A stretch of 37,489 bases of DNA from Lachnospiraceae bacterium (GTDB lineage Bacteria; Bacillota; Clostridia; Lachnospirales; Lachnospiraceae), in NCBI GenBank assembly GCA_017387285.1, contig JAFOFP010000140.1, positions 1 to 37,489 of the forward strand, in the 5' to 3' direction. Position 1 is the first letter of the stretch. Each line of letters starts with the position of its first letter. The position numbers and the translations under genes were made by a program. Below are positions 25,713 to 34,185 of the stretch, in pieces. The notes under the pieces are model-generated. The model worked only from the letters and a program-made list of their open reading frames with translations. It searched no databases and was not told where the DNA came from.

Positions 25713-26540
25713 CTACCTCTCTGTATCTTCTTCTCCGACCATTCCGTCCCAGAAATAATGCCAGCCGCTTTTCGTCTTCACCCGCTCGATCTCCACACCG
25801 AAAACCCTCCGAAGATCACCGCTGTCATAGACTTCCTCCGATGTTCCGGTCTTCCTCACCCGGCCATCCTCCATCAGCACCACCCGATCGGCCATCCGCA
25901 ATGCCAGTGACAGGTCATGAAGTACCATTACCACGGCCTTTCCCTGCCGGGCCAGCCGCCCCGCCATCTCCATCAATCTGAGCTGGTTGGCCACATCCAG
26001 ATAGGTGGTGGGCTCATCCATCAGGATCGTATCCGCATTCTGAGCCAAAGCCATGGCTAAATACACATTTTGCTGCATACCGCCGGACAGACGGCTGACC
26101 ATCTCATCCGCCTTATCCTCAAGCCCCGCCCATCGAAGGGCCTCTCCGGCAATCTTCATATCCTCAGCCCGATACTTTCGCGGATAGTTCAGATAAGGGA
26201 ATCGCCCGTGAAGCACCATGCGAAATGCCGAAATATCCGGTATCTTTTTGCTTTGGGGCAGATAGGCCACCCGCTTGGCACGCTCTATATCCGACAATGC
26301 CTTTACCGACAGCACAGTTTTCCTGTCCTCCGCCAACCTTTCACCACTGATATGATCTACTATGGTAATCTCTCCGGCAGAACACTCCACGATCCCCACA
26401 ATCGTTTTTAACAATGTACTTTTTCCACAGCCGTTGGGGCCGATCAGCACCGTAATCTCCCCCGGTCTGAATTCCATATCCACACCGTGCAGAACTTCTC
26501 TCTCGCCGTACCCGGCAACCACTCCGCTTATCCGCATCAT
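25713..26540 (-). CDS. ABC transporter ATP-binding protein (FecE/BtuD-type iron-chelate/corrinoid importer)
   Basis: 275-aa ORF with Walker A GPNGCGKST, signature LSGGMQQ and Walker B ILMDEPT. ATGA overlap with the permease gene. Confidence 0.9.
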   Translation of the reverse strand: MMRISGVVAGYGEREVLHGVDMEFRPGEITVLIGPNGCGKSTLLKTIVGIVECSAGEITIVDHISGERLAEDRKTVLSVKALSDIERAKRVAYLPQSKKIPDISAFRMVLHGRFPYLNYPRKYRAEDMKIAGEALRWAGLEDKADEMVSRLSGGMQQNVYLAMALAQNADTILMDEPTTYLDVANQLRLMEMAGRLARQGKAVVMVLHDLSLALRMADRVVLMEDGRVRKTGTSEEVYDSGDLRRVFGVEIERVKTKSGWHYFWDGMVGEEDTER

Positions 26541-27532
26541 GCCTGTCTTCCTCCCCTCTTATTGATCAACAGGAACAGGAAGAAGGGACCTCCGATAAAG
26601 GCCATAAAAATGCCCACCGGTATCTGGTAAGGAGAGAACAACGTTCTCGCCAGCAGATCACAGAGGGATACAAAGCCGGCACCGCACAGCGCACAGAAGG
26701 GCAGAAGTTTGCCACTTTCATCGGTTACCAATCTTCTGGCCGCATGGGGAACGATCAGTCCCACAAATCCCAGCAATCCGGAAAAGCTGACCGCAGCTCC
26801 GGCCAGCAAAGCCGCCAAACACAAAAACAGTGTGCGCATCCGCTTCACCGACAGTCCCAGCCCCTGGGCTGTATCCTCTCCCAGAGAGAGGACGTCCAGT
26901 TCATTGCACAACGTAAAGAGCACGAACAATACAATCAAAATGACTACCCCTGCAGGAACCAACCGGGTATAAGCCACCGAAGAAAATCCGCCCACGCGAA
27001 AATCCGCTGCCTGCATTCCCGCGTCCGGCACCAGCACCGAGATCGCCTCTGAAGCCGCATTGAGGCAGCTGTTCACCGCCACGCCGCCGAGGATCACAGT
27101 GGTTCTGGACGCCCCGACTTTTGCCGCTGTCAGGGTCACCAGCAAAACCGCTGCCATGGCTCCGCCAAAGGCAGCCCCTGCGATCACCCAACCGGAAAAT
27201 GCACCCAGAGCACAACAGACCGTCACCGCCAACCCGGCACCGGCATTGACACCGATGATCCCGGGAGATGCCAGTTTATTGGTCAGGACACCCTGGATCA
27301 CGGCTCCCGAAACAGCCAATGCGGCACCGGCCAGCATGGCCGCCGCCGTTCTTGGAAGTCTGGCATACCAGAATATTCGTCCTGCCACACCGCTGCCCGG
27401 TCCCTCAATGATGGCTGTCCATAAGTCCCCAAGAGATATCCCTGCACTGCCCAGACACATATTAAGCAAAAAAGACAGAACCAATAAAAGAAATGCCCCA
27501 CCAAAACAAAAGGGTATCCTGTGTTTATTCAT
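26537..27532 (-). CDS. FecCD/BtuC-family ABC permease
   Basis: About 331 aa from the ATG at 27532, which overlaps the SBP stop (ATGAATAA). Polytopic with a C-terminal ...PVGIFMAFIGGPFFLFLL typical of FecCD. The ORF-track extension to 27622 is rejected. Confidence 0.87.
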   Translation of the reverse strand: MNKHRIPFCFGGAFLLLVLSFLLNMCLGSAGISLGDLWTAIIEGPGSGVAGRIFWYARLPRTAAAMLAGAALAVSGAVIQGVLTNKLASPGIIGVNAGAGLAVTVCCALGAFSGWVIAGAAFGGAMAAVLLVTLTAAKVGASRTTVILGGVAVNSCLNAASEAISVLVPDAGMQAADFRVGGFSSVAYTRLVPAGVVILIVLFVLFTLCNELDVLSLGEDTAQGLGLSVKRMRTLFLCLAALLAGAAVSFSGLLGFVGLIVPHAARRLVTDESGKLLPFCALCGAGFVSLCDLLARTLFSPYQIPVGIFMAFIGGPFFLFLLINKRGGRQA

Positions 27533-28538
27533 CCGAAAGAATCCTTTCCAGTTTCTCGTAGGCCTCACCCCACCGGTCATTGGGCTTGAGGGCATACAAT
27601 GCTTTCTCCAGCAGATATACACGTCCCTCTCTCACTGCCGTCAGCTGAGACCAGGCCGGGGTTTCTGCAATAAATTGATCGATATTTTTCTTCGTTCCCT
27701 CTTCATTATCCCCCTGCTGGATAAAGAAAATATAGTCCGGATCACAGATCATGATGTGTTCCGGATCAAGGTTCTCCAATAGTGAGGCATCACTGTCTGC
27801 AATATTGACACAACCAAGAGATGCCAGCATCTCCCCCAGCACATTGTTTTTACTGTTCTTTGCCCGGATAAAGGTGGAAGAGGCCCGAAGACTCAGCACC
27901 GAAGGGGACTTTCCCGCTGTCTTGATCCGCTCCTCACTGTGAGCGATCACTTCATCGATCTGCCGGCGGACATCTTCGCCGTTTTCCCGATAAAGATCAT
28001 CTCTCCCGGTGATCTCCGTACAAATCTTCAACACCCTCAGATAATCCTCCACATCCGACACTTCAAAGTATGCCACCGGAATCCCCGCCATCTCAAGGGT
28101 ATCCATCCAATCCAGATTACCCTGAGTATTTTTGCTGGCCAATACGAAATCCGGATCTGCCTCAAACAATTTCTCCAAACTCAGTTCCTTGGTCATCCCC
28201 AGATTGACCGCCGACTCAGGCAATGGCAGGTCAAAATCCTCCCATGCATCGTCGGCGCAGGCACAGATCTCGCCGCCTGCCAGGTACCAGATGTCTGCAA
28301 AGCTGCCAAGCAATGCAGCGACACGCTGCGGCTTACTCACCGTCACGCTCCGCCCCAGATCGTCGGTGAAGGTATATCCCACAGATGCCTTATCGTCACC
28401 GGCAATTTCTGTCCCGGCGACAGACGGATCCGGAATTTTATCCCCCTGATGATGTGAACAGCCCGCTGCCAGCACCATCACGATACCGATCAGTCCTATC
28501 CATACTGACGCTTTTCTCCTAATCTGCTTTTCGCCCAT
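27525..28538 (-). CDS. ABC substrate-binding lipoprotein (class III, FecB/BtuF-like)
   Basis: 337-aa ORF with a signal peptide and lipobox (VLAAG|C). RVAALLGSFADIWYLAGG and PDFVLAS motifs are typical of periplasmic binding protein 2 (PBP2) family iron-siderophore/cobalamin binders. Confidence 0.83.
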   Translation of the reverse strand: MGEKQIRRKASVWIGLIGIVMVLAAGCSHHQGDKIPDPSVAGTEIAGDDKASVGYTFTDDLGRSVTVSKPQRVAALLGSFADIWYLAGGEICACADDAWEDFDLPLPESAVNLGMTKELSLEKLFEADPDFVLASKNTQGNLDWMDTLEMAGIPVAYFEVSDVEDYLRVLKICTEITGRDDLYRENGEDVRRQIDEVIAHSEERIKTAGKSPSVLSLRASSTFIRAKNSKNNVLGEMLASLGCVNIADSDASLLENLDPEHIMICDPDYIFFIQQGDNEEGTKKNIDQFIAETPAWSQLTAVREGRVYLLEKALYALKPNDRWGEAYEKLERILSDE

Positions 28539-28735
28539 TACTTATCTTCACTCCCACGCATCCGGATAACTTCTCTTCTCAATGCTTCCTTATATAGGTT
28601 ATACAACGATATGCCAAAAAAGTAAATCTTTTTCGTATTTTTGACGTTTGTAAAAATCCTGTCATATTATCAGCTAATCCTTCCTACATTCCGTTGATTT
28701 TATTGACTTTTTGCAACTTAATCGCCACATTTCTG

Positions 28736-28765
28736 TTGACACGCGCTTTTGCCCGCCGATATAAT
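28736..28765 (+). promoter_or_regulatory. candidate sigma-A promoter of the second SorC-family operon
   Basis: TTGACA (28736-28741), 18-nt spacer, TATAAT (28760-28765), about 50 nt upstream of the ATG at 28818. Confidence 0.5.
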
Positions 28766-28817
28766 GGATACAGAAACAAAAAAACGCCTTTTCTTTCCCA
28801 ATCAGTGAGGTTGCATC

Positions 28818-29780
28818 ATGAAAAAAATGGTCGATGATCTGCGTCTCATGGTCAAAGTCTGCGACATGTATTATAACGACGGACTGGGACAGCAGCAGAT
28901 TTCCGAACAGCTGAATATTTCCAGACCTACGGTTTCCCGTCTGCTGTCGTCTGCCCCCGAGCAGGGGATCGTGACGATCTCCGTATCTCATCTGGATACG
29001 ATCCGGCACTGGGAGCTTTCCCGCCAGCTGAAGGAAATGTACGAGCTGTCCGACGTGCTGATCGTGGACTCCCTCTCTGATTCCGAAGAATTAAAGGCAT
29101 CTCTGGGAAAAGCTGCAGGAAAGTATCTCTCGCACCGGATCCGTGACGGACATCGGGTAGGGATCTCCATGGGCTCCACTCTCCTTCATGTGGTGTCCGG
29201 CCTGACTTCTCCCGCAGCAAAAAACATCACCGTCATCCCCCTTCTCGGCGGCATGGGGAGACTGCGCACCGAGCTGCATGCCAATCACCTGGCTCAGCTT
29301 CTGGCCAATGCCTACGGCGGAAACTATCTTTCGCTGTATGCCCCCGCCCGGGTGTACGGTGCGGCTGTCCGAAACGCCTTGTTAAAAGAGGACAGCATCG
29401 CCTCCGTTCTCCGTCTTCAGGAGCACCTGGATGTGGCTGTGGTAGGCATTGGATATCCCAATGAGAATTCTGCCATCAAGGCCACCGGCTATTACAAGGA
29501 AAACGAGATCGATGCGCTGATTGATCGACAGGTAGCCGGAGAGATCAATATGCAGTTTTACGACATCGACGGAAACACTGCCCCCTACCGAGCCTCAAAC
29601 ACCATCATCGGACTGGACCTGGCGAAACTCAAACGTGTCCCCTGTTCCATTGGTGTGGCCGGCGGTCTGGATAAGCTGTCCGCCATCCGCGGAGCCATCA
29701 GCGGCCGCTATATCAATGTACTGATCACCGATTATGCATGTGCCAAAGCACTTCTCAATGTCAGAAAGGAGCATTTATGA
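28818..29780 (+). CDS. SorC/DeoR(CggR)-family sugar-binding transcriptional regulator
   Basis: 320-aa ORF with N-terminal HTH (QQQISEQLNISRPTVSRLLSSA) and a C-terminal sugar-binding domain (ISMGSTL..., VVGIGYP...). Confidence 0.85.
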   Translation: MKKMVDDLRLMVKVCDMYYNDGLGQQQISEQLNISRPTVSRLLSSAPEQGIVTISVSHLDTIRHWELSRQLKEMYELSDVLIVDSLSDSEELKASLGKAAGKYLSHRIRDGHRVGISMGSTLLHVVSGLTSPAAKNITVIPLLGGMGRLRTELHANHLAQLLANAYGGNYLSLYAPARVYGAAVRNALLKEDSIASVLRLQEHLDVAVVGIGYPNENSAIKATGYYKENEIDALIDRQVAGEINMQFYDIDGNTAPYRASNTIIGLDLAKLKRVPCSIGVAGGLDKLSAIRGAISGRYINVLITDYACAKALLNVRKEHL

Positions 29781-30955
29781 ACGAAATCCTCAATTTATCC
29801 ATCAATGAAATGCCGGGACTCACTTTTCAGTGTTCCTGCGGAAAGGAACATTCTTTCAGCCTGAGCGGCATGTCCATCCGCCCCGGTGCCATCGCAGACC
29901 TTCCTCAGATGGCTGCCCCCTTCAAGGCCGGCACCATTCTCATGGTCTTTGACAACAATACCTACCGGGTAGCCGGAAGGCAGGCTGTAGAACTGATGGC
30001 TGAAAATGGCTTCAAGCTCAAAGAGCTGCTGTTTGACTGCGGAGACAGCATTCTGATTCCCGATGAAAAGACACTGGGACGCATTCTTCAGGAGGCCACT
30101 CCCGATGTGGAGCTGATCATCGCCGTTGGTTCCGGCGTCCTCAACGACTCCGTTAAGTTTGTCACCGCCCGCATGAAGCTGCCCTACATTATCGTAGCTA
30201 CCGCTCCCTCCATGGACGGCTATGTTTCCGACGGAGCACCTATCATCTCCAACGGATACAAATATTCCCCTCAGGCTCATCTGGCCTATGGTCTCATCGG
30301 TGACACCGATTTTATCAAGACGGCGCCTCAGGATCTGATCCAGGCCGGTTTCGGCGATGTCGTCGGAAAGATCACTGCCATTGCAGACTGGGATCTGTCC
30401 AAAAAGGTAAATGGTGACTATAAGTGTGATACCTGCATCACCATGGTAGAGCGGGCACTGGAGAAATGCTTCTCCACCGCTGCTCTTCTCAAAGACCGTG
30501 ATCCCGAAGCCATTGAGGCTCTCTTTGAAGCGCTGACCATCACCGGCGTAGCCATGGCTCTGGTCAATATCTCCAGACCTGCCTCCGGTGCTGAGCACAT
30601 GCTCTCCCATTTCTGGGAGATGGACTACATTGCCAGAGGTCTGGACCCTAACCACCACGGCATCCAGGTGGGCGTAGCTACCCCCGTCATTGCCCGTTTC
30701 TTTGAGGAGATGGCAGATCTTCTGCCGGAGGGAACCGCCAAGCTTTGCCCTCACCACACGGAGATCGAGAAGCTGCTGGCCACCGCAGGCGCACCCACCT
30801 CACCCAAGGAGATCGGCATCGACCGTGAGCTGTTCCGCCAGAGCCTGCTTCAGGGCTATACGGTTCGCCCCCGCTATTCCATCATGCAGTATGCCAAGGA
30901 TCAGGGCCGTTTGGAAATGATTGCTGAAAAAATCACCGCGGATATCTACGATTGA
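29777..30955 (+). CDS. iron-containing alcohol dehydrogenase superfamily protein, sn-glycerol-1-phosphate dehydrogenase (AraM/EgsA)-like
   Basis: About 392 aa from the ATG at 29777 (ATGA overlap with the regulator stop; AAAGGAG RBS). The motifs GSGVLNDSVKF, TAPSMDGY and the His cluster (AEHMLSHFWE, HHGIQVG) resemble the G1PDH/AraM family. Confidence 0.72.
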   Translation: MNEILNLSINEMPGLTFQCSCGKEHSFSLSGMSIRPGAIADLPQMAAPFKAGTILMVFDNNTYRVAGRQAVELMAENGFKLKELLFDCGDSILIPDEKTLGRILQEATPDVELIIAVGSGVLNDSVKFVTARMKLPYIIVATAPSMDGYVSDGAPIISNGYKYSPQAHLAYGLIGDTDFIKTAPQDLIQAGFGDVVGKITAIADWDLSKKVNGDYKCDTCITMVERALEKCFSTAALLKDRDPEAIEALFEALTITGVAMALVNISRPASGAEHMLSHFWEMDYIARGLDPNHHGIQVGVATPVIARFFEEMADLLPEGTAKLCPHHTEIEKLLATAGAPTSPKEIGIDRELFRQSLLQGYTVRPRYSIMQYAKDQGRLEMIAEKITADIYD

Positions 30956-31011
30956 TCGCAGAGTCCCCAAACATAAATCAATACACCAATTATATATCAG
31001 GAGGATTACCT

Positions 31012-31449
31012 ATGAAAATCGCATTTGGATGTGACCCCAACGCAGCAGAATTGAAACTCGGTCTGATGGACTATGTAAAGACTCTGGGACATGAGGCTTT
31101 TGACCTGGGAAGCGACGATCCCATCTACGCCAACGTGGCATTTGACCTGGCAAAGGCCGTTGCTGCCGGCGAGTACGACCGCGGCGTTTTGGTTTGCGGC
31201 ACCGGTATCGGTGTTTCCATTGCCGCAAACAAAGTGAAGGGCGCTTACGCCGCTTGTATCCACGACGTATATCAGGCACAGCGCGCTGAGCTGTCCAACC
31301 ATGCAAACATCATCACCATGGGCTCTCAGGTTGTAGGCATCGAGCTGGCAAAATGCATGGTGAAAGCTTATCTGGAAAACACATACGATCCCAACGGCAG
31401 ATCTCACGTTAAGCTTCAGCGAATCTACGAATACGAAAACGAAAACTGA
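31012..31449 (+). CDS. rpiB: RpiB/LacA/LacB-family sugar-phosphate isomerase
   Basis: 145 aa from the ATG at 31012, preceded by AGGAGG. MKIAFGCD..., the catalytic region VLVCGTGIGVSIAANK and NHANIITMG are typical RpiB. Confidence 0.88.
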   Translation: MKIAFGCDPNAAELKLGLMDYVKTLGHEAFDLGSDDPIYANVAFDLAKAVAAGEYDRGVLVCGTGIGVSIAANKVKGAYAACIHDVYQAQRAELSNHANIITMGSQVVGIELAKCMVKAYLENTYDPNGRSHVKLQRIYEYENEN

Positions 31450-31553
31450 TTTCTCGTTGCAAAACATTTCGAAACTCTCTATACTATATGTATCACCTTT
31501 TAAGGGGACAGTCTATCCGACTGATCCCTTTAAATACTTTCAGGAGGATCCCC

Positions 31554-32936
31554 ATGAAAGATACCGGCACCCGAAAGCAGATGATGCTATACGCCCCCGT
31601 GGAAAAAGTCATTCCACGGCTGGCCGTCCCCACCATTATTACCATGCTGATTACCAGCATCTACAACATGGCGGACACTTATTTTGTCAGCCAGATCAAT
31701 ACCTCCGCCTCCGGCGCCGTAGGGGTTATCTTCTCGGCCATGTCCTTTATTCAGGCGATCGCCTTCACCTTCGGCATGGGCAGCGGTACCAATGTCAGTC
31801 AGGCACTGGGCGCCGGCGATGAAGACCGGGCAAAACAATTTGCTTCCACCGGATTTTTCACTGCCTTCGCCACCGGTATACTGATCGCTGTGCTGGGCTT
31901 GACCAATATTGATCGACTGGTCGTATTTCTCGGCGCCACCGAGACCATTGCTCCCTATGCAAAGGACTATGCGACCTATATCTTTTATGCCACCCCCTTC
32001 ATCATGTGTTCATTCCTGATGAATAACCTTCTGCGTTTTCAAGGGTTGGCTGCCTATGGCATGATCGGTATCACCTCCGGCGGTATCCTCAACATGATTC
32101 TTGACCCCTTCTTTATCTTTGGTCTGGAGCTGGGCACAGCCGGAGCGGCCATCGCTACTGCCCTGTCTCAGTTTATCAGCTTCTGCATTCTGCTGTTTAT
32201 GACACAGACAAGAAAAGAAGCGATCTCCATTCATCCACGGAATTATCGCTTCGATCCAAAGATACATCTTAAAATATGGAACAATGGTCTGCCCTCTCTG
32301 GCTCGTCAGGGAATCGCCAGCATCGCTTCCATCGTTTTGAACAATGTGGCAGGACCTTACGGAGATGCAGCCATCGCCGCACTTTCTATTTCCAACCGTT
32401 TCGTCCTGTTCATCAACTCCACCGTCATCGGCTTCGGTCAGGGCTTCCAGCCCCTCTGCGGATTCTGCTACGGTGCAAAACGCTATGACCGGGTGAAAAA
32501 GGCCTTCTGGTTCTGCTCCAAGGTTGCTACGGTTATCCTGGTGATTCTCAGTGCTGTGGCCTTTATCTTCTCCGAACAGATCATCACCCTGTTCAGGCGG
32601 GACGATCTGGAGGTTATCCGTATCGGAACCCTTGCACTGCGCCTGCAGCTTTTGACCATGCCTCTGTGGGGCTTTGTCACCATGAGCAATATGCTCTCCC
32701 AATCCATCGGCTACGGTATCCGGGCATCTATTCTGGCCTCCGCCAGACAGGGACTTTTCCTGATCCCGATCCTGCTGATCCTGCCTGAACATCTTGGACT
32801 GGGGCTGTTTGGTCTTCAGGTTGCCAGACCGCTGGGCGATTTGTTCACCCTGGTTCTCTGCATTGCCATCATCGCCGGTATTCTGAAAAAACTGGACCGG
32901 CTGGCAAGCTCGGCAGAGGAACCTCAGCATCCATAA
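31554..32936 (+). CDS. MATE-family efflux transporter
   Basis: About 460 aa from the ATG at 31554, preceded by AGGAGG. 12-TM profile, with an N-terminus (VIPRLAVPTIITMLITSIYNMADTYFVS) typical of MATE. The 3' end overlaps the convergent chrA gene by 13 nt. Confidence 0.87.
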   Translation: MKDTGTRKQMMLYAPVEKVIPRLAVPTIITMLITSIYNMADTYFVSQINTSASGAVGVIFSAMSFIQAIAFTFGMGSGTNVSQALGAGDEDRAKQFASTGFFTAFATGILIAVLGLTNIDRLVVFLGATETIAPYAKDYATYIFYATPFIMCSFLMNNLLRFQGLAAYGMIGITSGGILNMILDPFFIFGLELGTAGAAIATALSQFISFCILLFMTQTRKEAISIHPRNYRFDPKIHLKIWNNGLPSLARQGIASIASIVLNNVAGPYGDAAIAALSISNRFVLFINSTVIGFGQGFQPLCGFCYGAKRYDRVKKAFWFCSKVATVILVILSAVAFIFSEQIITLFRRDDLEVIRIGTLALRLQLLTMPLWGFVTMSNMLSQSIGYGIRASILASARQGLFLIPILLILPEHLGLGLFGLQVARPLGDLFTLVLCIAIIAGILKKLDRLASSAEEPQHP

Positions 32937-33487
32937 ACGATCATTCCCAGCACGGCTGCCAGAATGATCAGCCCGATGGGTGAGATCCGCTTTTTGTCTT
33001 TGGTTTTTACGACAAACATAACAACAGCCAAAATTACGGTGAGCACCAAGCCACGAAGATCCAACTGACTGCCTTCCCCCACAGGGAGGCAGTTTTTTAT
33101 GGTCATAAACAGGCCTGTGGCCAGAATGATCCCGGCGATACAGGGCTTTAGTCCTCTCAGTACAGCTTGCACATAGGGATTTTTTACCACACGATTTAAG
33201 GCTGCCGATACCAGCAAAATGATCACAAATGAGGGGAATACCACCGCTGTGGTGGCAAGTGCCGCGCCAAGGATTCCTGCCTGACTGCTGCCCACATAGG
33301 TAGCCAAATTGACCATGATAGGCCCCGGCGTGCTCTCGCTGACTGCGATCATATAGGTCAGCGTTTCATCGTTTAGCCAACCGTAGGACAGAACCACATC
33401 ACGAATCAGCGGAATCGCCGCATAGGCTCCCCCGAAGGAAAAACATCCTACCTGCAGAAATGCAAGGATCAGTTCCAGATAGATCAT
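32924..33487 (-). CDS. chromate transporter family protein (short-chain CHR, second half)
   Basis: 187-aa ORF with FSFGGAYAAIPLI and ESTPGPIMVNLATYVG motifs of the CHR family. ATGA-coupled to the upstream half. Confidence 0.85.
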   Translation of the reverse strand: MIYLELILAFLQVGCFSFGGAYAAIPLIRDVVLSYGWLNDETLTYMIAVSESTPGPIMVNLATYVGSSQAGILGAALATTAVVFPSFVIILLVSAALNRVVKNPYVQAVLRGLKPCIAGIILATGLFMTIKNCLPVGEGSQLDLRGLVLTVILAVVMFVVKTKDKKRISPIGLIILAAVLGMIVYGC

Positions 33488-34098
33488 GCCCGATCACCAC
33501 CTTTCTGCTGTTTTTTGTCTTCAAGGGCAAACAGCATCAAGCTGACTGCACCTGCGATCAACATCAAACTGATGGAGGAAAACTTCCAGGAAAACAGATT
33601 GATCAGAAGCATGGCCACAAAGGCACCGCCCATGATCACCTTTGGACGTCGTTTCCCTTTCATCTTTTTGATCATTTTTACAGCAGCATCAATGATCAGA
33701 ATACCAACCGCCAGCTTGATTCCCCGAAAAGCATCTGCGATCACCTTTATCTCCAGAAAGTTGTCCAGAAACATGGAAATGATACAGATCACCACAAAAG
33801 ACGGCAAAACAACGCCCAATGTGGCCGCCAACGCGCCTTTCCATCCGGCTTTTTTTTGTCCCACAAACGTGGCACAGTTGATGGCGATGGGACCCGGCGT
33901 GGATTCCGCAATCACTGTCACGTTCATCATCTCATCGTGGGTGATCCATCCCTTCTTTTCTACGCAAATATCCTCGATCACAGAGATCATGGCATAACCT
34001 CCGCCGAAGGTAAACAGGCCGATCTTTGAAAAAGTAAACAGCAGTTCAATCAGGTCTTTTCTGACTGTCTTTTCCTTTCCCACACATGTTTCTCGCAT
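33484..34098 (-). CDS. chromate transporter family protein (short-chain CHR, first half)
   Basis: 204-aa ORF with FTFGGGYAMISVI and ESTPGPIAINCATFVG motifs. GAGGAGAG RBS. The split pair arrangement is like B. subtilis ywrA/ywrB. Confidence 0.85.
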   Translation of the reverse strand: MRETCVGKEKTVRKDLIELLFTFSKIGLFTFGGGYAMISVIEDICVEKKGWITHDEMMNVTVIAESTPGPIAINCATFVGQKKAGWKGALAATLGVVLPSFVVICIISMFLDNFLEIKVIADAFRGIKLAVGILIIDAAVKMIKKMKGKRRPKVIMGGAFVAMLLINLFSWKFSSISLMLIAGAVSLMLFALEDKKQQKGGDRA

Positions 34099-34118
34099 AA
34101 TATACTCTCCTCAAATTT

Positions 34119-34157
34119 AACGGGATCTGTGATACACATCGTAACACAGATCCCGTT
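34119..34157. terminator. perfect 13-bp stem hairpin between the FAD oxidoreductase gene and the chrA pair
   Basis: AACGGGATCTGTG-13 nt-CACAGATCCCGTT. On the minus strand only a weak AAATTT tail follows, so it could be a terminator, a processing site or a chrA leader structure. Confidence 0.45.
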
Positions 34158-34185
34158 GTCCTTCAAGAACAGAATACGTTTCGGT

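Noticed and set aside
28661-28675. Fur-box-like CTGTCATATTATCAG upstream of the ABC operon.
   Set aside because: Only the right half (ATTATCA) matches the 7-1-7 TGATAAT-n-ATTATCA consensus. The left half does not, and the sequence is not palindromic.
28539-28680. Possible cobalamin riboswitch in the leader of the FecBCD-type ABC operon.
   Set aside because: I could not find a B12 box (consensus roughly AGYCMGGAGACCKGCC / GCCACTG core) or the expected GC-rich multi-helix junction. The leader is short and AT-rich. A covariance-model scan would be decisive.
28727-28736. ACATTTCTGT next to the -35 of the second SorC operon, as a shared operator with the first SorC locus.
   Set aside because: It is a single imperfect copy with an inserted base relative to ACATTTGT and has no inverted partner, so it is too weak to call.
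32924-32936. 13-nt overlap of the convergent MATE and chrA 3' ends.
   Set aside because: This is a real feature of the sequence, but short convergent overlaps are common in compact genomes. No regulatory structure is associated with it.
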